64,000 nt of DNA from an uncultured Methanoregulaceae archaeon (GTDB lineage Archaea > Halobacteriota > Methanomicrobia > Methanomicrobiales > Methanospirillaceae), in contig CAVTTL010000001.1 of the NCBI GenBank assembly GCA_963737635.1, positions 1,344,001 through 1,408,000 on the forward strand, in the 5' to 3' direction. Each line of letters begins with the position of its first letter. Position 1 is the first letter of the stretch. A program made the translations under genes and the position numbers. This document shows positions 41,827 to 52,106 of the stretch, piece by piece. The notes beneath the pieces were generated by a model. It made no database searches, was not told the DNA's origin, and was given only the letters and a program-made list of their open reading frames with translations.

Positions 41827-42320
41827 GATATCTTCAAAATTTTCACAAGCACAAGAAAATGCTGCGCAATCGCAAACTGGTAGAATTTAATCTATATGTT
41901 GTCCAGAACATAATACTAATTGGTTGATATTTCTCCAGACCTCTCTCACACTTCAAAATAACTCGAAATAATGTTTTACGGCACTATAGAAAAAGGTAGC
42001 GTACTCGAAGTGCCATAAATGTGAATTGGAAGTAATGATGAATACAGGGTATCCTCACTTTTTACAGCACATCGTATGCGCCACTCTTATACTAAGGCGG
42101 ACTTCCTTTAAGGGCTATTTACCATCTGCGTTCGTTGATTCATATGTACTTCGAAAAAGTTCTGGTTGGTTCTGCGTGTGATATCCCGAAAACATTTCTA
42201 CCTTCACTCTACCAAAGAATACTCGAAAAGTGCCACCGCATTTTCTTTCTATAATGCTTGATTCCTCGAATGGTATGCATCTACAAAACCATATAATTAC
42301 TAATTTCCATAAACACGATC

Positions 42321-44570
42321 TTAGTTATCACTGTTAATGGTCATACGAGAAATGCTAATGAAAAAGTTTCGTTTTTCCAAAGGATCTGTTATGTCCCCTT
42401 TTTCAAGATCTAAATTACCAAATTTTATTATGTTCATACCTGGTTTTATTTCAAATGTTGCCACAACTGTTTGTTGATTATTCAAATGAATTATTATAGG
42501 TGTCTGTGGGTCTCCTTCGATCATTGATAATTGGATTGTATTTATTTTATCCCGTACGGTATTTTGTTCACTTGGAATTGCAACAAATGATATGTTGACA
42601 TTAATATCCGATTGAAATTTTGAAAAAATAATTAAATTGAAGTCTTCTCCCAACCAATTCCAATAACCTGTCTGTTCCGACCCATCCAATCCTTCTGGGT
42701 TATTAATATACACAATTAAATTCTGATATAAATTTGGTGAAGTAATTTTGGGATAGTCATCCCCAATTGAAATTTTCACAGCCGATTGTGGGAATTTTGC
42801 AGGATCATTAAAGGAATAATTACTATTATCCAATGTGACATCACCTATTTGATTATTAATAAAAAAGATATTGTCCTGCCGGCCATGATATGCCAACCAT
42901 GCTAACGTATCTGGATTGGGTTCAGAGAGAATAAAATCTAGATTCTTAGTATTTTCTAAATAATTATATGTATTTTGCATTTTTTCTGAATTTGACCACG
43001 TCACTGCACTCCTCCCTCCGCCAGATATTGAAAATGAGGCTAAATAGAAGGTAATTGAAACAAATGCTATTAATGTACCAATTAAAAGTATTTTTGGCAA
43101 TGCTAACAATATTTTCTTCAGTAAAGTATTCTGAATTGAAATATGGAAGATACTTTTAAAATTATATGAAGGAGAATCCGACAATAAAATCCACAATCCT
43201 AGTACAAGAATCGGGGAAATTGACGTTAACATTTTAAAAAATGGATAGGGATAGGGATTCGGCATAGAAATAAAAACTATTGGAAAAAGAGAAAGGAAAA
43301 GAAGTTGTAATGATACAATATCCTTTTGTTTTCTAAAGAGGTTTATAAGACCTAAATAAGATAATATCATGAAAAAAATTGAAACCAATAAAATTATCGC
43401 TATTATTAAATCATCGTTAAGGGTAAATGCTTTATATCCGAACCATAAAAAACCCAAGCCGTCAATTTTCAAAGCAAATGGGTAAATAGAATCAAGGATC
43501 CCCGGGGGTGCATGCACAATTGCATTAATAAAAATAATACTCCTTTCAACATAACCAAAGTTTATTAAAAATCCCAAAATCAAAACAACAGATATTTTTT
43601 TGATCGAAGATTTAAAGGATCCGGTTTGAATGACATAACCGATCAGACCTATAATTGATACTAGGATAAATATCAATGTAAATTCTGTATAAATGGAATG
43701 TATTCCAGCAAAAATTACAATTCCAATTAATACATATTTTATGTCATTTTGTTTTAGAAGATTCTCTATCACTATTGGCCATAATAGAAGAAATGGAATA
43801 ATCATCGATTGAGCTAAAAAATTTTGAAGTTGAACCAGCGCGAACCCAGGAAGACAAGATGCTGCAATTGCCGAACCGTATTGCGCCCATTCATTTTTAA
43901 TAAATCTTTTTGAAAGCAAATAAGCCGATAGAGAGGTCAAAAATGGACTTAATAATGAAATTGTACCATAAAGAGATTTTGCATTAGATTGTCCTAAAAC
44001 TGAGAAATAGCCTTGTAATATCGACACACCTATCCGAACATCTTTCAATCCAATTGCTCGAACGAGATATGGGATATTTTGAACATCCATAAAAGTTGTG
44101 CTAAATGGTTTATCGATTAAAAATTGAGCAATGGCAACGTAATTATATTGATCTATCCAACCGTACCCAATATAATTTTCAGCCCCAAGCAACCAATATC
44201 CAAAGCCTTGGACTATAATTACAATAAATCCCAGCAAGAATATATTTTTGGGGAAGTCAGGTATATCTTTCCGAGATCTCTGGTAAATATAACAAAAAAT
44301 AACAAAAAAAAGAATAAAAAAAGGAAATGCTGATAAAGATAATGGAATATCGAGATATACCAAACTTTGTAAAATTATAATCGTAATCGATATACCGAGA
44401 AACGGAGCAAATATCCAAAAATAGGTCTCCTTACTTTTCTGTGGTATAATAAAATGAGCCAAAACGATTCCTGGTATCAAAATCCCAATTAAACTGATTA
44501 TTAATAACAAAGATGAAATAAGTATGTTATATATTATTGACAAGAAATTCCCCGTCGTTACAGTGTACAT
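42321..44570 (-). CDS. Large polytopic membrane protein, putative GT-C fold glycosyltransferase
   Basis: More than 12 TM segments, acidic loop (GWIDQYNY) after the N-terminal helices, soluble C-terminal domain; AT-rich; next to gtrA. Confidence 0.6.
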   Translation of the reverse strand: MYTVTTGNFLSIIYNILISSLLLIISLIGILIPGIVLAHFIIPQKSKETYFWIFAPFLGISITIIILQSLVYLDIPLSLSAFPFFILFFVIFCYIYQRSRKDIPDFPKNIFLLGFIVIIVQGFGYWLLGAENYIGYGWIDQYNYVAIAQFLIDKPFSTTFMDVQNIPYLVRAIGLKDVRIGVSILQGYFSVLGQSNAKSLYGTISLLSPFLTSLSAYLLSKRFIKNEWAQYGSAIAASCLPGFALVQLQNFLAQSMIIPFLLLWPIVIENLLKQNDIKYVLIGIVIFAGIHSIYTEFTLIFILVSIIGLIGYVIQTGSFKSSIKKISVVLILGFLINFGYVERSIIFINAIVHAPPGILDSIYPFALKIDGLGFLWFGYKAFTLNDDLIIAIILLVSIFFMILSYLGLINLFRKQKDIVSLQLLFLSLFPIVFISMPNPYPYPFFKMLTSISPILVLGLWILLSDSPSYNFKSIFHISIQNTLLKKILLALPKILLIGTLIAFVSITFYLASFSISGGGRSAVTWSNSEKMQNTYNYLENTKNLDFILSEPNPDTLAWLAYHGRQDNIFFINNQIGDVTLDNSNYSFNDPAKFPQSAVKISIGDDYPKITSPNLYQNLIVYINNPEGLDGSEQTGYWNWLGEDFNLIIFSKFQSDINVNISFVAIPSEQNTVRDKINTIQLSMIEGDPQTPIIIHLNNQQTVVATFEIKPGMNIIKFGNLDLEKGDITDPLEKRNFFISISRMTINSDN

Positions 44571-44823
44571 ATTAGGGCAGGTATTGTTAAAAAGTTTGGG
44601 TATTGTATAACCGTGAATTTTAAGGGATAAAGTTATATAGTGTGATTTAACCAAGACGGTTTTCAAATTGTAAATCGTTGGTATAATGTAAATTCAAGGT
44701 TTGTTCCCAATCTCAAGTCATCATGATTCGGGAACATATTAACTGTAGTGGCATGTCAATTGCGAAGTTCCCTAAGCGTCTTACTGGAAAGATTCATTTT
44801 TGATCGCTAGACCGGATTATACA

Positions 44824-45213
44824 TTATTTGAAAACGAATTTTTTATTGATAGTATATCCCCAGATAAAACTGATAACAATCTGAACCACTTTTGCTATGA
44901 TGGGATTCATGTGAAGGAATTCCACGCAAATGATGAGAATTAGATTGTTAAAAATATAGGTCACAATTACAACGGATACAAATTTCGTAAAGAGAATGGC
45001 ATTTTTTTCGCATTGATAGCGAAAAGTCCAATTTTTCTGGAGATAATAAACCGCAAGAGTGCCTATGGAAAAGGAAATCGCATTCGAGACAAGAAAATTG
45101 AGAGATGTAAAACTAATGAGGAGAGAATACAACCCAAAATCAATGCATGCGCCGATACCCCCGGCAATCCCATATTTGCAAAACTGACGGAAGGTGTTTT
45201 TGAATACATCCAT
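44824..45213 (-). CDS. gtrA: GtrA family flippase-like protein
   Basis: QF.KYGIAG...IDFG, YYLQKNWTF and NKKFVF; 4 TM helices. Confidence 0.85.
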   Translation of the reverse strand: MDVFKNTFRQFCKYGIAGGIGACIDFGLYSLLISFTSLNFLVSNAISFSIGTLAVYYLQKNWTFRYQCEKNAILFTKFVSVVIVTYIFNNLILIICVEFLHMNPIIAKVVQIVISFIWGYTINKKFVFK

Positions 45214-45269
45214 CTTCTTATTCTCCAGATTATTCTGCTGTGAGAGAAACAATAACTAATCCCAAATGT

Positions 45270-46157
45270 CTAGGTTTTCTTTTTTAATGTAATTAAACAC
45301 CGGATTCCCCGGGGATACCGAATCATTCTTCCCAAGTTCAGTTCGAGTCTCATAAGAAAATAAAGAGCTTCGTTCATGACCGGTCCGCCTAACTGGATTA
45401 AATTTTTCACGGAATTCTGCGTTTCTAATTCAGTTTGTTTTGTCTTTTGCCTGTTCCGCAATTTCACGAAACGAAATGCCGGGTAAACAAAGAATCCCAG
45501 ATGCGAGGCACTCTGCACGGCAAATCCGGCATTTTCAGCTTTTTGGGACAACTTATCCAGTGCATATCTCCGGAAATGTTTGAGTTGTTTATCATAAAAA
45601 TCATACAAGTTGGGGCTGGCAGGTACTTCTATAATTGCATACCCGCCGGGTTTCAGGATCCGGTAAATCTGCCGTAACGCAGCGGAATCATCTTCAATGT
45701 GTTCGAGAACATTCAGCGCAACGACAACGTCCATGCAATTATCCGGCAGAGGACAATTGACCAGATCAAACTGTATCAATGGGATGTCGGGATGGTGTTC
45801 AGCAATTTTTCCCAATGGTTCCAGGATACAATCGGACCCTAGAATAAATGTCCCGGGAAAGGCATTTTTAATGTCCCGAAGCAGGTAACCGGATGATGAC
45901 CCGATTTCCAGCACTGCACTGTCTGCTGTCAGGTGTTTTCCCACTTCCCGGCAGGCGTGAAGACGTGAGGCACGATCGATGTAATGATTTCCTTGATCTG
46001 CCTCTTTCTCGTGGAAATCCGTGAGATCCGGAGTCCATCCGGCATTGCATGTGGTATATTGTAAGACGGATTTGTTTTCAGAGCCGATCTGGAATCCATT
46101 TCCCGTCCAGACCGGATCATCATGGTATCCGGGGGGGACGGGAAATTTGAATCCCAT
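45270..46157 (-). CDS. Class I SAM-dependent methyltransferase
   Basis: VLEIGSSSG, LNVLEHIEDD, LKPGG, HFRRY. Confidence 0.88.
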   Translation of the reverse strand: MGFKFPVPPGYHDDPVWTGNGFQIGSENKSVLQYTTCNAGWTPDLTDFHEKEADQGNHYIDRASRLHACREVGKHLTADSAVLEIGSSSGYLLRDIKNAFPGTFILGSDCILEPLGKIAEHHPDIPLIQFDLVNCPLPDNCMDVVVALNVLEHIEDDSAALRQIYRILKPGGYAIIEVPASPNLYDFYDKQLKHFRRYALDKLSQKAENAGFAVQSASHLGFFVYPAFRFVKLRNRQKTKQTELETQNSVKNLIQLGGPVMNEALYFLMRLELNLGRMIRYPRGIRCLITLKKKT

Positions 46158-47107
46158 CAGAGATTCTCCGTTTTTTCAACGATGTAGAGAGGGCGCTGTT
46201 TCACTTCTTCGTAAATACGCCCGACATACTCTCCCATGATCCCCAGCGAAAGGAGCTGGACACCCGAAAGGAACGTAATAAGAACAATTGTCCACGTCAG
46301 ACCCGGGGTCATTTCAGCCTGCAGTATCACTTTTTCAAAGAGAATCCAGAATCCCAGCAGAAACGCACCTACTGCAATGATTCCGCCTAATATTGTAGCG
46401 ACTTGCAAGGGACGAATCGAAAATCCTACAATACCGTTGAACGCGATCTTGAGTGAGCCCAGGTACCGGTTATAATTGGATATTCCAGATGCCCGTTCGT
46501 CTCGGTCATATTCAATAAATGTCTGTTTGAACCCGACAAATGAAACCATGCCTCGCAGGAAACCGTGAGACTCATGCAGTTTTTTCAGTTCATCGATGAC
46601 GCAGCGATCCATCAACCGGAAATCCCCGGTATCTGCCGGGATCGAGACATCCGAAATTTTATTGATCACGAGATAACCGATATGCGAAATCCATGTTTTG
46701 AAAAATGTTTCACCTTGTCGGGATCGTCTCTTTGCATAAACAACCTTGTAACCCTCGCGCCATTTTTCCAGCATCGGCTCAATCAATTCAGGAGGGTCTT
46801 GCAGATCCACATCAATAACTACGCAGACATCTCCTTTACAGAAATGGATGCCGGCGAGCGTTGCGGCGGGCTGGCCAAACCTCCGGCTGAATCGGATGAG
46901 ACGGATATTTTCGTTCCGTTTGATCTCGTCCAAAATGATTTTTTCGGTGTTGTCCGGGGAAGGATCGAGACAGAAGAGGATTTCATAGGGACAGCGGAGT
47001 TTTGTTAATATAGATTCCATTCTTTGCAAAAATGGTTTGATATTTGTTTCTTCACGATAAACCGGGACAACCACGGATATGATTGGATTGGCCAATATTT
47101 TGTTCAT
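46157..47107 (-). CDS. GT2 polyprenol-phosphate glycosyltransferase (GtrB/DPM-like)
   Basis: SVVVPVY.EE, SRRFGQ, DVDLQDPP, GDFRLM, two C-terminal TM helices, GEY.GRIY.E.K.RP.Y. Confidence 0.9.
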   Translation of the reverse strand: MNKILANPIISVVVPVYREETNIKPFLQRMESILTKLRCPYEILFCLDPSPDNTEKIILDEIKRNENIRLIRFSRRFGQPAATLAGIHFCKGDVCVVIDVDLQDPPELIEPMLEKWREGYKVVYAKRRSRQGETFFKTWISHIGYLVINKISDVSIPADTGDFRLMDRCVIDELKKLHESHGFLRGMVSFVGFKQTFIEYDRDERASGISNYNRYLGSLKIAFNGIVGFSIRPLQVATILGGIIAVGAFLLGFWILFEKVILQAEMTPGLTWTIVLITFLSGVQLLSLGIMGEYVGRIYEEVKQRPLYIVEKTENL

Positions 47108-49327
47108 TTACATCTCCTGCCCAATACTTTTACTGATTGTGATATTCTCAAAATTATAATCTAAAAACCGTTGATCATTCGTTCCAGGTAATTGCGGGGG
47201 CAATTTTGGCTCAAACGCTAAAATATGTTTTCCTTTTGAAAGATATATATTATTAATCTCACAATGAACACTAGGACAATCCATAATTTTGTTATCATCA
47301 AGTAAAACGGATAAACTATTTTCTGGATTTAATGGAGCATAAATCAATTTCACATCAATGTATTGATCCTCATCATTATTTAGGATTAGTGACGGTGTCT
47401 CATTATTCGAACCTGTCCATCTCCACACGGAATTTTGGTTTGATTCAAGACCATACCATCCTTTATTTAACGAGACATCGAGCGAAACATTTTTTTTCAT
47501 AAGATAATAGCCATTGTTAATTAAAATTTTATCGCTGTCATTAGTAAAATTTAATATTGAAATAATATCTGAAGTGGATGTTTCCATTAAGGTCCATTGA
47601 CCAATTTGAGGGGAAGCTGCAAAGTAAGTAGGAGTTTTCAGAAATAATGTTTTTTTATCAAAAAGGAAGTAATATATCCACATTTGATTGCTGAAAGATG
47701 TATCCTGAACATTTATCGAGGTCACATTCTCTAAATTAGTATTATTCTGGAGATCGATTGTATCCTGTTTGATGGAACCAGAATTACTTGTACTGACAAA
47801 AATCATTGCTGATGCAGAAAGAACATTTCCTAATATTAATAAACATAGCAACGCATAAACCGCGATTTTTTTCCTGAAACTAGTTTTCGAATTATCTGAA
47901 AAATAACAATTAAAAAAATATAGCCCCGTAAGTAAAATTATTGGAATAAAATACGTTATCAATTTATAGGCTTTATACCCATCCCCAGAGAATGTGGGGG
48001 AGAGGAGAAAGTTTTCAATAATAAGATACCAATAGAAAACAAAAACCAAGATAAGGTATGAACCGAAAATAAAGAATAATTTGCGCTCTTTTTTAAAAAG
48101 ATAATAAATTGAACCAATAAATAAGACGATTATGGGCATTGATAATAAAATTCTAATAAGGATTGGGGAGGATTGCATCCAGATATTACTTCCAACCAAT
48201 CCAAAAATCCAGTCCGGAGATAATACTGGCATATTCCAACCTGCTACGGCATTATTAAAATCGATTAGAAATCGAATTCTTTCGATAAATGAAACTGGTG
48301 CGATTAAGAATGTGAAAAAAAGTGTAATTGAGCTATAAATTATTGATTGAATGACAAAAGATTTCGATCGAGAATAGATATAAAAGGAAATAATGAATAA
48401 TACCCAAGGGATGAAAAATAATGGTAAAAGGACACTATAACTCATAAGTAGTCCAAAACAAAATAAAATATTTAAAGGCAAAAAGGGGATATAATCTGAA
48501 AATTTATTGAATTTAGCAATGGGATAATATGATGTAAAAAATAAACCTAAGGCGAATCCCATTCCAACAATCTGACCTAAAAATCCATTATAAATTATAT
48601 ATAATAACTGAATGTTGATTCCAATCAATAAAGTGATGAGAAGTGCGATTTTTTTGGAATACCCAAAAATTTCTATACCTATTAAAAATATTATCGGGAG
48701 ACTAAAAATAAAGAATAGGTAAATTACAAGATTTTGGATTTGATATGTTTGAATTGAAAAAAGTGAGCTTGGTAACGCAGTTGATAAAAATGCTGAAAAA
48801 AATTGAGTGCTAAGCATTGAAGCAAATCGTGGTGTTACTTCCTGAACAAAAGGTACTGGGGATTGTAAATTTGAAGAAAGCGTAAGATATTTCGCTGTCG
48901 TCGCATAGTCTATAATATCATTATTGCCAAGTGTAATTGTATTTGTAATTCCATCAATTTTTGAATAATATGGAAAGGAAATTGCCAAAAATATAATTAT
49001 GCAGAGGAAGATTAAATGTAGATTTTCTTTTTTAAATGGAAATAACGTTGTAAGAACACGGTCTTTTTTTATAATAATGGCTAACATTAGGAAAAATAAG
49101 GGTGGAATTAACAAGATTCCAGAATATGCATTTGTTCCCCAAGGGCTGTATTCAAAAAAATACCAACTGCAACAACTTAAATATGCAAGACCGACAAAAG
49201 GAGAAAAATAGAAAGAATATTTTTCAAAATTTTTTGGGCAGATTAGTACTGTGAAACCAATGCCAGAATAAATATAAAATAATAAAATAAGTATGGTATA
49301 CAAAAAAAACTCAAACATAAAGGTCAT
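47108..49327 (-). CDS. Large polytopic membrane protein, putative GT-C fold glycosyltransferase
   Basis: Same architecture as 42321..44570 (GNNDIIDY loop; GWYGLE...WRWTG C-terminal domain). The ORF-track N-terminal extension derives from an IS remnant. Confidence 0.6.
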   Translation of the reverse strand: MTFMFEFFLYTILILLFYIYSGIGFTVLICPKNFEKYSFYFSPFVGLAYLSCCSWYFFEYSPWGTNAYSGILLIPPLFFLMLAIIIKKDRVLTTLFPFKKENLHLIFLCIIIFLAISFPYYSKIDGITNTITLGNNDIIDYATTAKYLTLSSNLQSPVPFVQEVTPRFASMLSTQFFSAFLSTALPSSLFSIQTYQIQNLVIYLFFIFSLPIIFLIGIEIFGYSKKIALLITLLIGINIQLLYIIYNGFLGQIVGMGFALGLFFTSYYPIAKFNKFSDYIPFLPLNILFCFGLLMSYSVLLPLFFIPWVLFIISFYIYSRSKSFVIQSIIYSSITLFFTFLIAPVSFIERIRFLIDFNNAVAGWNMPVLSPDWIFGLVGSNIWMQSSPILIRILLSMPIIVLFIGSIYYLFKKERKLFFIFGSYLILVFVFYWYLIIENFLLSPTFSGDGYKAYKLITYFIPIILLTGLYFFNCYFSDNSKTSFRKKIAVYALLCLLILGNVLSASAMIFVSTSNSGSIKQDTIDLQNNTNLENVTSINVQDTSFSNQMWIYYFLFDKKTLFLKTPTYFAASPQIGQWTLMETSTSDIISILNFTNDSDKILINNGYYLMKKNVSLDVSLNKGWYGLESNQNSVWRWTGSNNETPSLILNNDEDQYIDVKLIYAPLNPENSLSVLLDDNKIMDCPSVHCEINNIYLSKGKHILAFEPKLPPQLPGTNDQRFLDYNFENITISKSIGQEM

Positions 49328-49374
49328 GATCAGGTTATCGTTTGACAATATAAAATATGAGGATTTTAATTCTG

Positions 49375-49860
49375 AATAATCACGTTTCTGAAGAAAGGTC
49401 CGCGCTAGGGTTTCCGCTTCGAGATCATCCACGATCTCGACAAAGATCATACCATTGCGACAGACCCGAATACCGGTTGCTTCTTAGTTCTCCTCACGTG
49501 AAGTGCCCAATTCTCGAATTGTTTTTTCACCTGTGTCCTATTGACCACAGAGATATGTTTCATCCATTTAAACAATATGAGAGACGATCACTGGAACATC
49601 TTTGGTAGGACAGTTTTACCATTGTCAGAGCTCTCATAATCCTCTGGTGGCCAACGGATATTCGGGTAGTGTGTTCTGACTGCTTCGTTCCAAGAGAGAC
49701 CCCTGGAGAATCTCTTTCCGTTGAGCCCGGATCAAATGAAGAGGAGTGAGTTCAAACTGGCTTTTGAACAGCAACTATTCCTGTTATCGAGCATGTAGAC
49801 CTATTTTGACATGCATTTTGGGCATTAGATTTTGACCGGTTTTCCTCTTGTAGTCCGCCA
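49375..49860 (-). mobile_element. Degenerate IS1595-family (ISXO2-like) transposase remnant
   Basis: Broken frames give CPKC.SK*VY (Zn ribbon), IV*MDETYLCGQ*, KKQPVFG and RNGMIFVEIVDDLEAETL. Confidence 0.65.
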
Positions 49861-49998
49861 AGTCGGTGTAAAATAGTACTATATTCAATATAATTCGGGG
49901 AATCCCATAAGGCCAGCAAATACCGACTTTACGTAAAGAAGATTAAATGGCAATCATTCTCCATGAGGATTGGGGTCAAGGTGTTCTGCAGACCAAAA

Positions 49999-50736
49999 TT
50001 ATTTTTCCAAATAAAAGCAAACTCGACCATTATAGTTTAAATCCTTTAATTGAGCGAAATAAAATTCAATAAGTTCATGATTTCCACTTCTAAATTGTGC
50101 CCATTCTTCAAAAGAGTAATTTACCATACTTGGAAAAAGAAATGGCTTTATTTTCATTTCATGAAAACCACATTCCTGGGAAATTTGAAAGATTTCTTCC
50201 AAAATTACATCACGTTCAATCCAATCCGGACCCAATTGTTCTCTGAATTTAGCAAGAAATTCGAGAGTTTCTTTACTAGTTGAGTGTTTTGCTCCGGGCT
50301 CGACAAAAATTGCCCGACCCCCGGGTATTAGTACTCTGAACATTTCATTCAGAGTTTTTGAGTAATCCCTCATGTGATGTAATGAATCAAAACAGATTAT
50401 GTTAGAAAAACTCTGTTTCAAAAATGACAAATGACTTCCATCGCAGAGTACAAAATTAATAAAATTCAGATTTAACCGTTTATCTATAGAAAATCTTTGT
50501 TTGCCAACCGATGCAAAATTTTTGAATATGTCACACGCTACGACATCAAATCCCATTCTGTTGAGCCATTCTGATATCCAGCCAGTTCCAGATGCAAAAT
50601 CAAGAATTTTATTGTTTGCTGGATTCTTTTTGATACAGGAAAAAGTGAGGCCCAGATCAAATAAAAGTCGCGATTCATCACGCCCCACCATAAAGGGTTC
50701 GTTTAATGCGGGATTATTCTCATATTTTTCGCCCAT
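49999..50736 (-). CDS. Class I SAM-dependent methyltransferase
   Basis: ILDFASGTGW, SLHH and RVLIPGG motifs; GAGGT SD before ATG 50736. Confidence 0.85.
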   Translation of the reverse strand: MGEKYENNPALNEPFMVGRDESRLLFDLGLTFSCIKKNPANNKILDFASGTGWISEWLNRMGFDVVACDIFKNFASVGKQRFSIDKRLNLNFINFVLCDGSHLSFLKQSFSNIICFDSLHHMRDYSKTLNEMFRVLIPGGRAIFVEPGAKHSTSKETLEFLAKFREQLGPDWIERDVILEEIFQISQECGFHEMKIKPFLFPSMVNYSFEEWAQFRSGNHELIEFYFAQLKDLNYNGRVCFYLEK

Positions 50737-50751
50737 GGTGACCTCAACTAA

Positions 50752-50884
50752 CGCAATTATACTCCCTGCTTCGGGGGGATAAATATTGTCGTGCAACCCC
50801 GGTTCTTAAGTTTTTGGACGACCTGCGACCCAAGAAACCCGGCGCTTCCGCGACAAGAACAGATTTCTCACTCCAGAATGACAT
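50752..50884 (-). pseudogene. 5' remnant of a GDP-L-fucose synthase-like gene
   Basis: MSFWSEKSVLV-(shift)-AGFLGSQVVQKLKNRGCTTIFIPRSREYN, then an abrupt end. Confidence 0.6.
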
Positions 50885-50966
50885 GTAGTACACCTTGAGA
50901 GATCGTATTTAAGCACACTGAAGATGGAAATCTCATAATCATTTCACTATAAACCCGAACTTTTAA

Positions 50967-52100
50967 TTATTTGGAATAGAGATCCTCATAAATTTTGAGT
51001 GTTGCCCGGGCTGTTTTCTCCCAGCGAAACTCTCTGGCCCGGTCGATTCCTTTCCGGGATAACTCTTTCCGGAGGCTGTCATTTCCTATAACTTCAAGGA
51101 GAAGCGTCGTGAGTTGCCCGACATCGGTGGGATTGAAGAGGAGTGCAGCATCCCCACTAATCTCCGGCATCGACGACGTGTTTGAAGTGATTACGGGTGC
51201 CCCGCAGGACATCGCCTCCAGAATAGGAAGCCCGAAGCCTTCGTATAATGAGGGATATACAAACGCCGCCGCCGCAGAATACAATGCCGGAAGATCCTGC
51301 TCATCAACATAGCCGATACGCCGGATCTGATCGGAAGCCTGGGATTCGATCAATGCATCGATGTCAGAATTCAACCAGCCTTTTCCTCCAGCTACCACAA
51401 GAGGGCACCGCTTTTTGACATTTTCGGGCAAATTTACATAAGCCCGGATAAGAGTTCCGATATTTTTTCTCGGCTCATATGAACCTACGGTGAAGATAAA
51501 ATTCCGTGGAATCCCGTACTTCTCAAGTACCCGGTTCTGTTCCGCAGTTCCACGGGGTGCAAAAATATCTTTTGCGGCCAGATGAGTCACGATGATCTTA
51601 TCCGGCTCTACCTCAAAATATTTTACCAGTTCCTGTTTTCCATGATTCGAAATGGCGATGATGCAATCTGCAGATTTGACTGCTCCAAGAGTACCCTCAA
51701 GGCAGTGCTTCCGATTAGCCTCAGTATGGCACTCGGGCAGGGTCAAGAAGCTGATATCGTAAATAGTGATGACGAGTTTGCCATAATGATCCTTCGGAGC
51801 GCAGAATGTCGTTGAATGAAGGATATCAACATTGCCAAGGATCCATTTTCTAGGAATCGGGGAATGCCAGAGCCCATCAATTATTCTTTTGGGAATTTTT
51901 TCATAGCGCAGATGAAAATTTTTCTGGTGTGGTGCGACGGCATCTTTAAAGTTTGGGTGATATATGTGGTAAAAAAAAGGATAAAGCAGATACTGGTTGG
52001 TTTTATCGATTTTTGCAAGAGCGTCAACCAGATTGGCAGTGTAATACCCGACCCCAACTTTTTCTCCAACGGTCAGGCTGATGTCGATGCCGATTTTCAT
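50967..52100 (-). CDS. GT4 glycosyltransferase (MtfB/WbdA-like)
   Basis: TIYD, GSYEPRKN, YPSLYEGFGLPILEAM. Confidence 0.9.
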   Translation of the reverse strand: MKIGIDISLTVGEKVGVGYYTANLVDALAKIDKTNQYLLYPFFYHIYHPNFKDAVAPHQKNFHLRYEKIPKRIIDGLWHSPIPRKWILGNVDILHSTTFCAPKDHYGKLVITIYDISFLTLPECHTEANRKHCLEGTLGAVKSADCIIAISNHGKQELVKYFEVEPDKIIVTHLAAKDIFAPRGTAEQNRVLEKYGIPRNFIFTVGSYEPRKNIGTLIRAYVNLPENVKKRCPLVVAGGKGWLNSDIDALIESQASDQIRRIGYVDEQDLPALYSAAAAFVYPSLYEGFGLPILEAMSCGAPVITSNTSSMPEISGDAALLFNPTDVGQLTTLLLEVIGNDSLRKELSRKGIDRAREFRWEKTARATLKIYEDLYSK

Positions 52101-52106
52101 AGGTAC

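Noticed and set aside
42096-49859. GGCGGACT (42096) and AGTCCGCC (49852) as terminal inverted repeats of a 7.8-kb transporter IS carrying the gtr cassette
   Set aside because: Only an 8-bp match, no target-site duplication and no clear transposase C-terminus near the left copy; could be chance.
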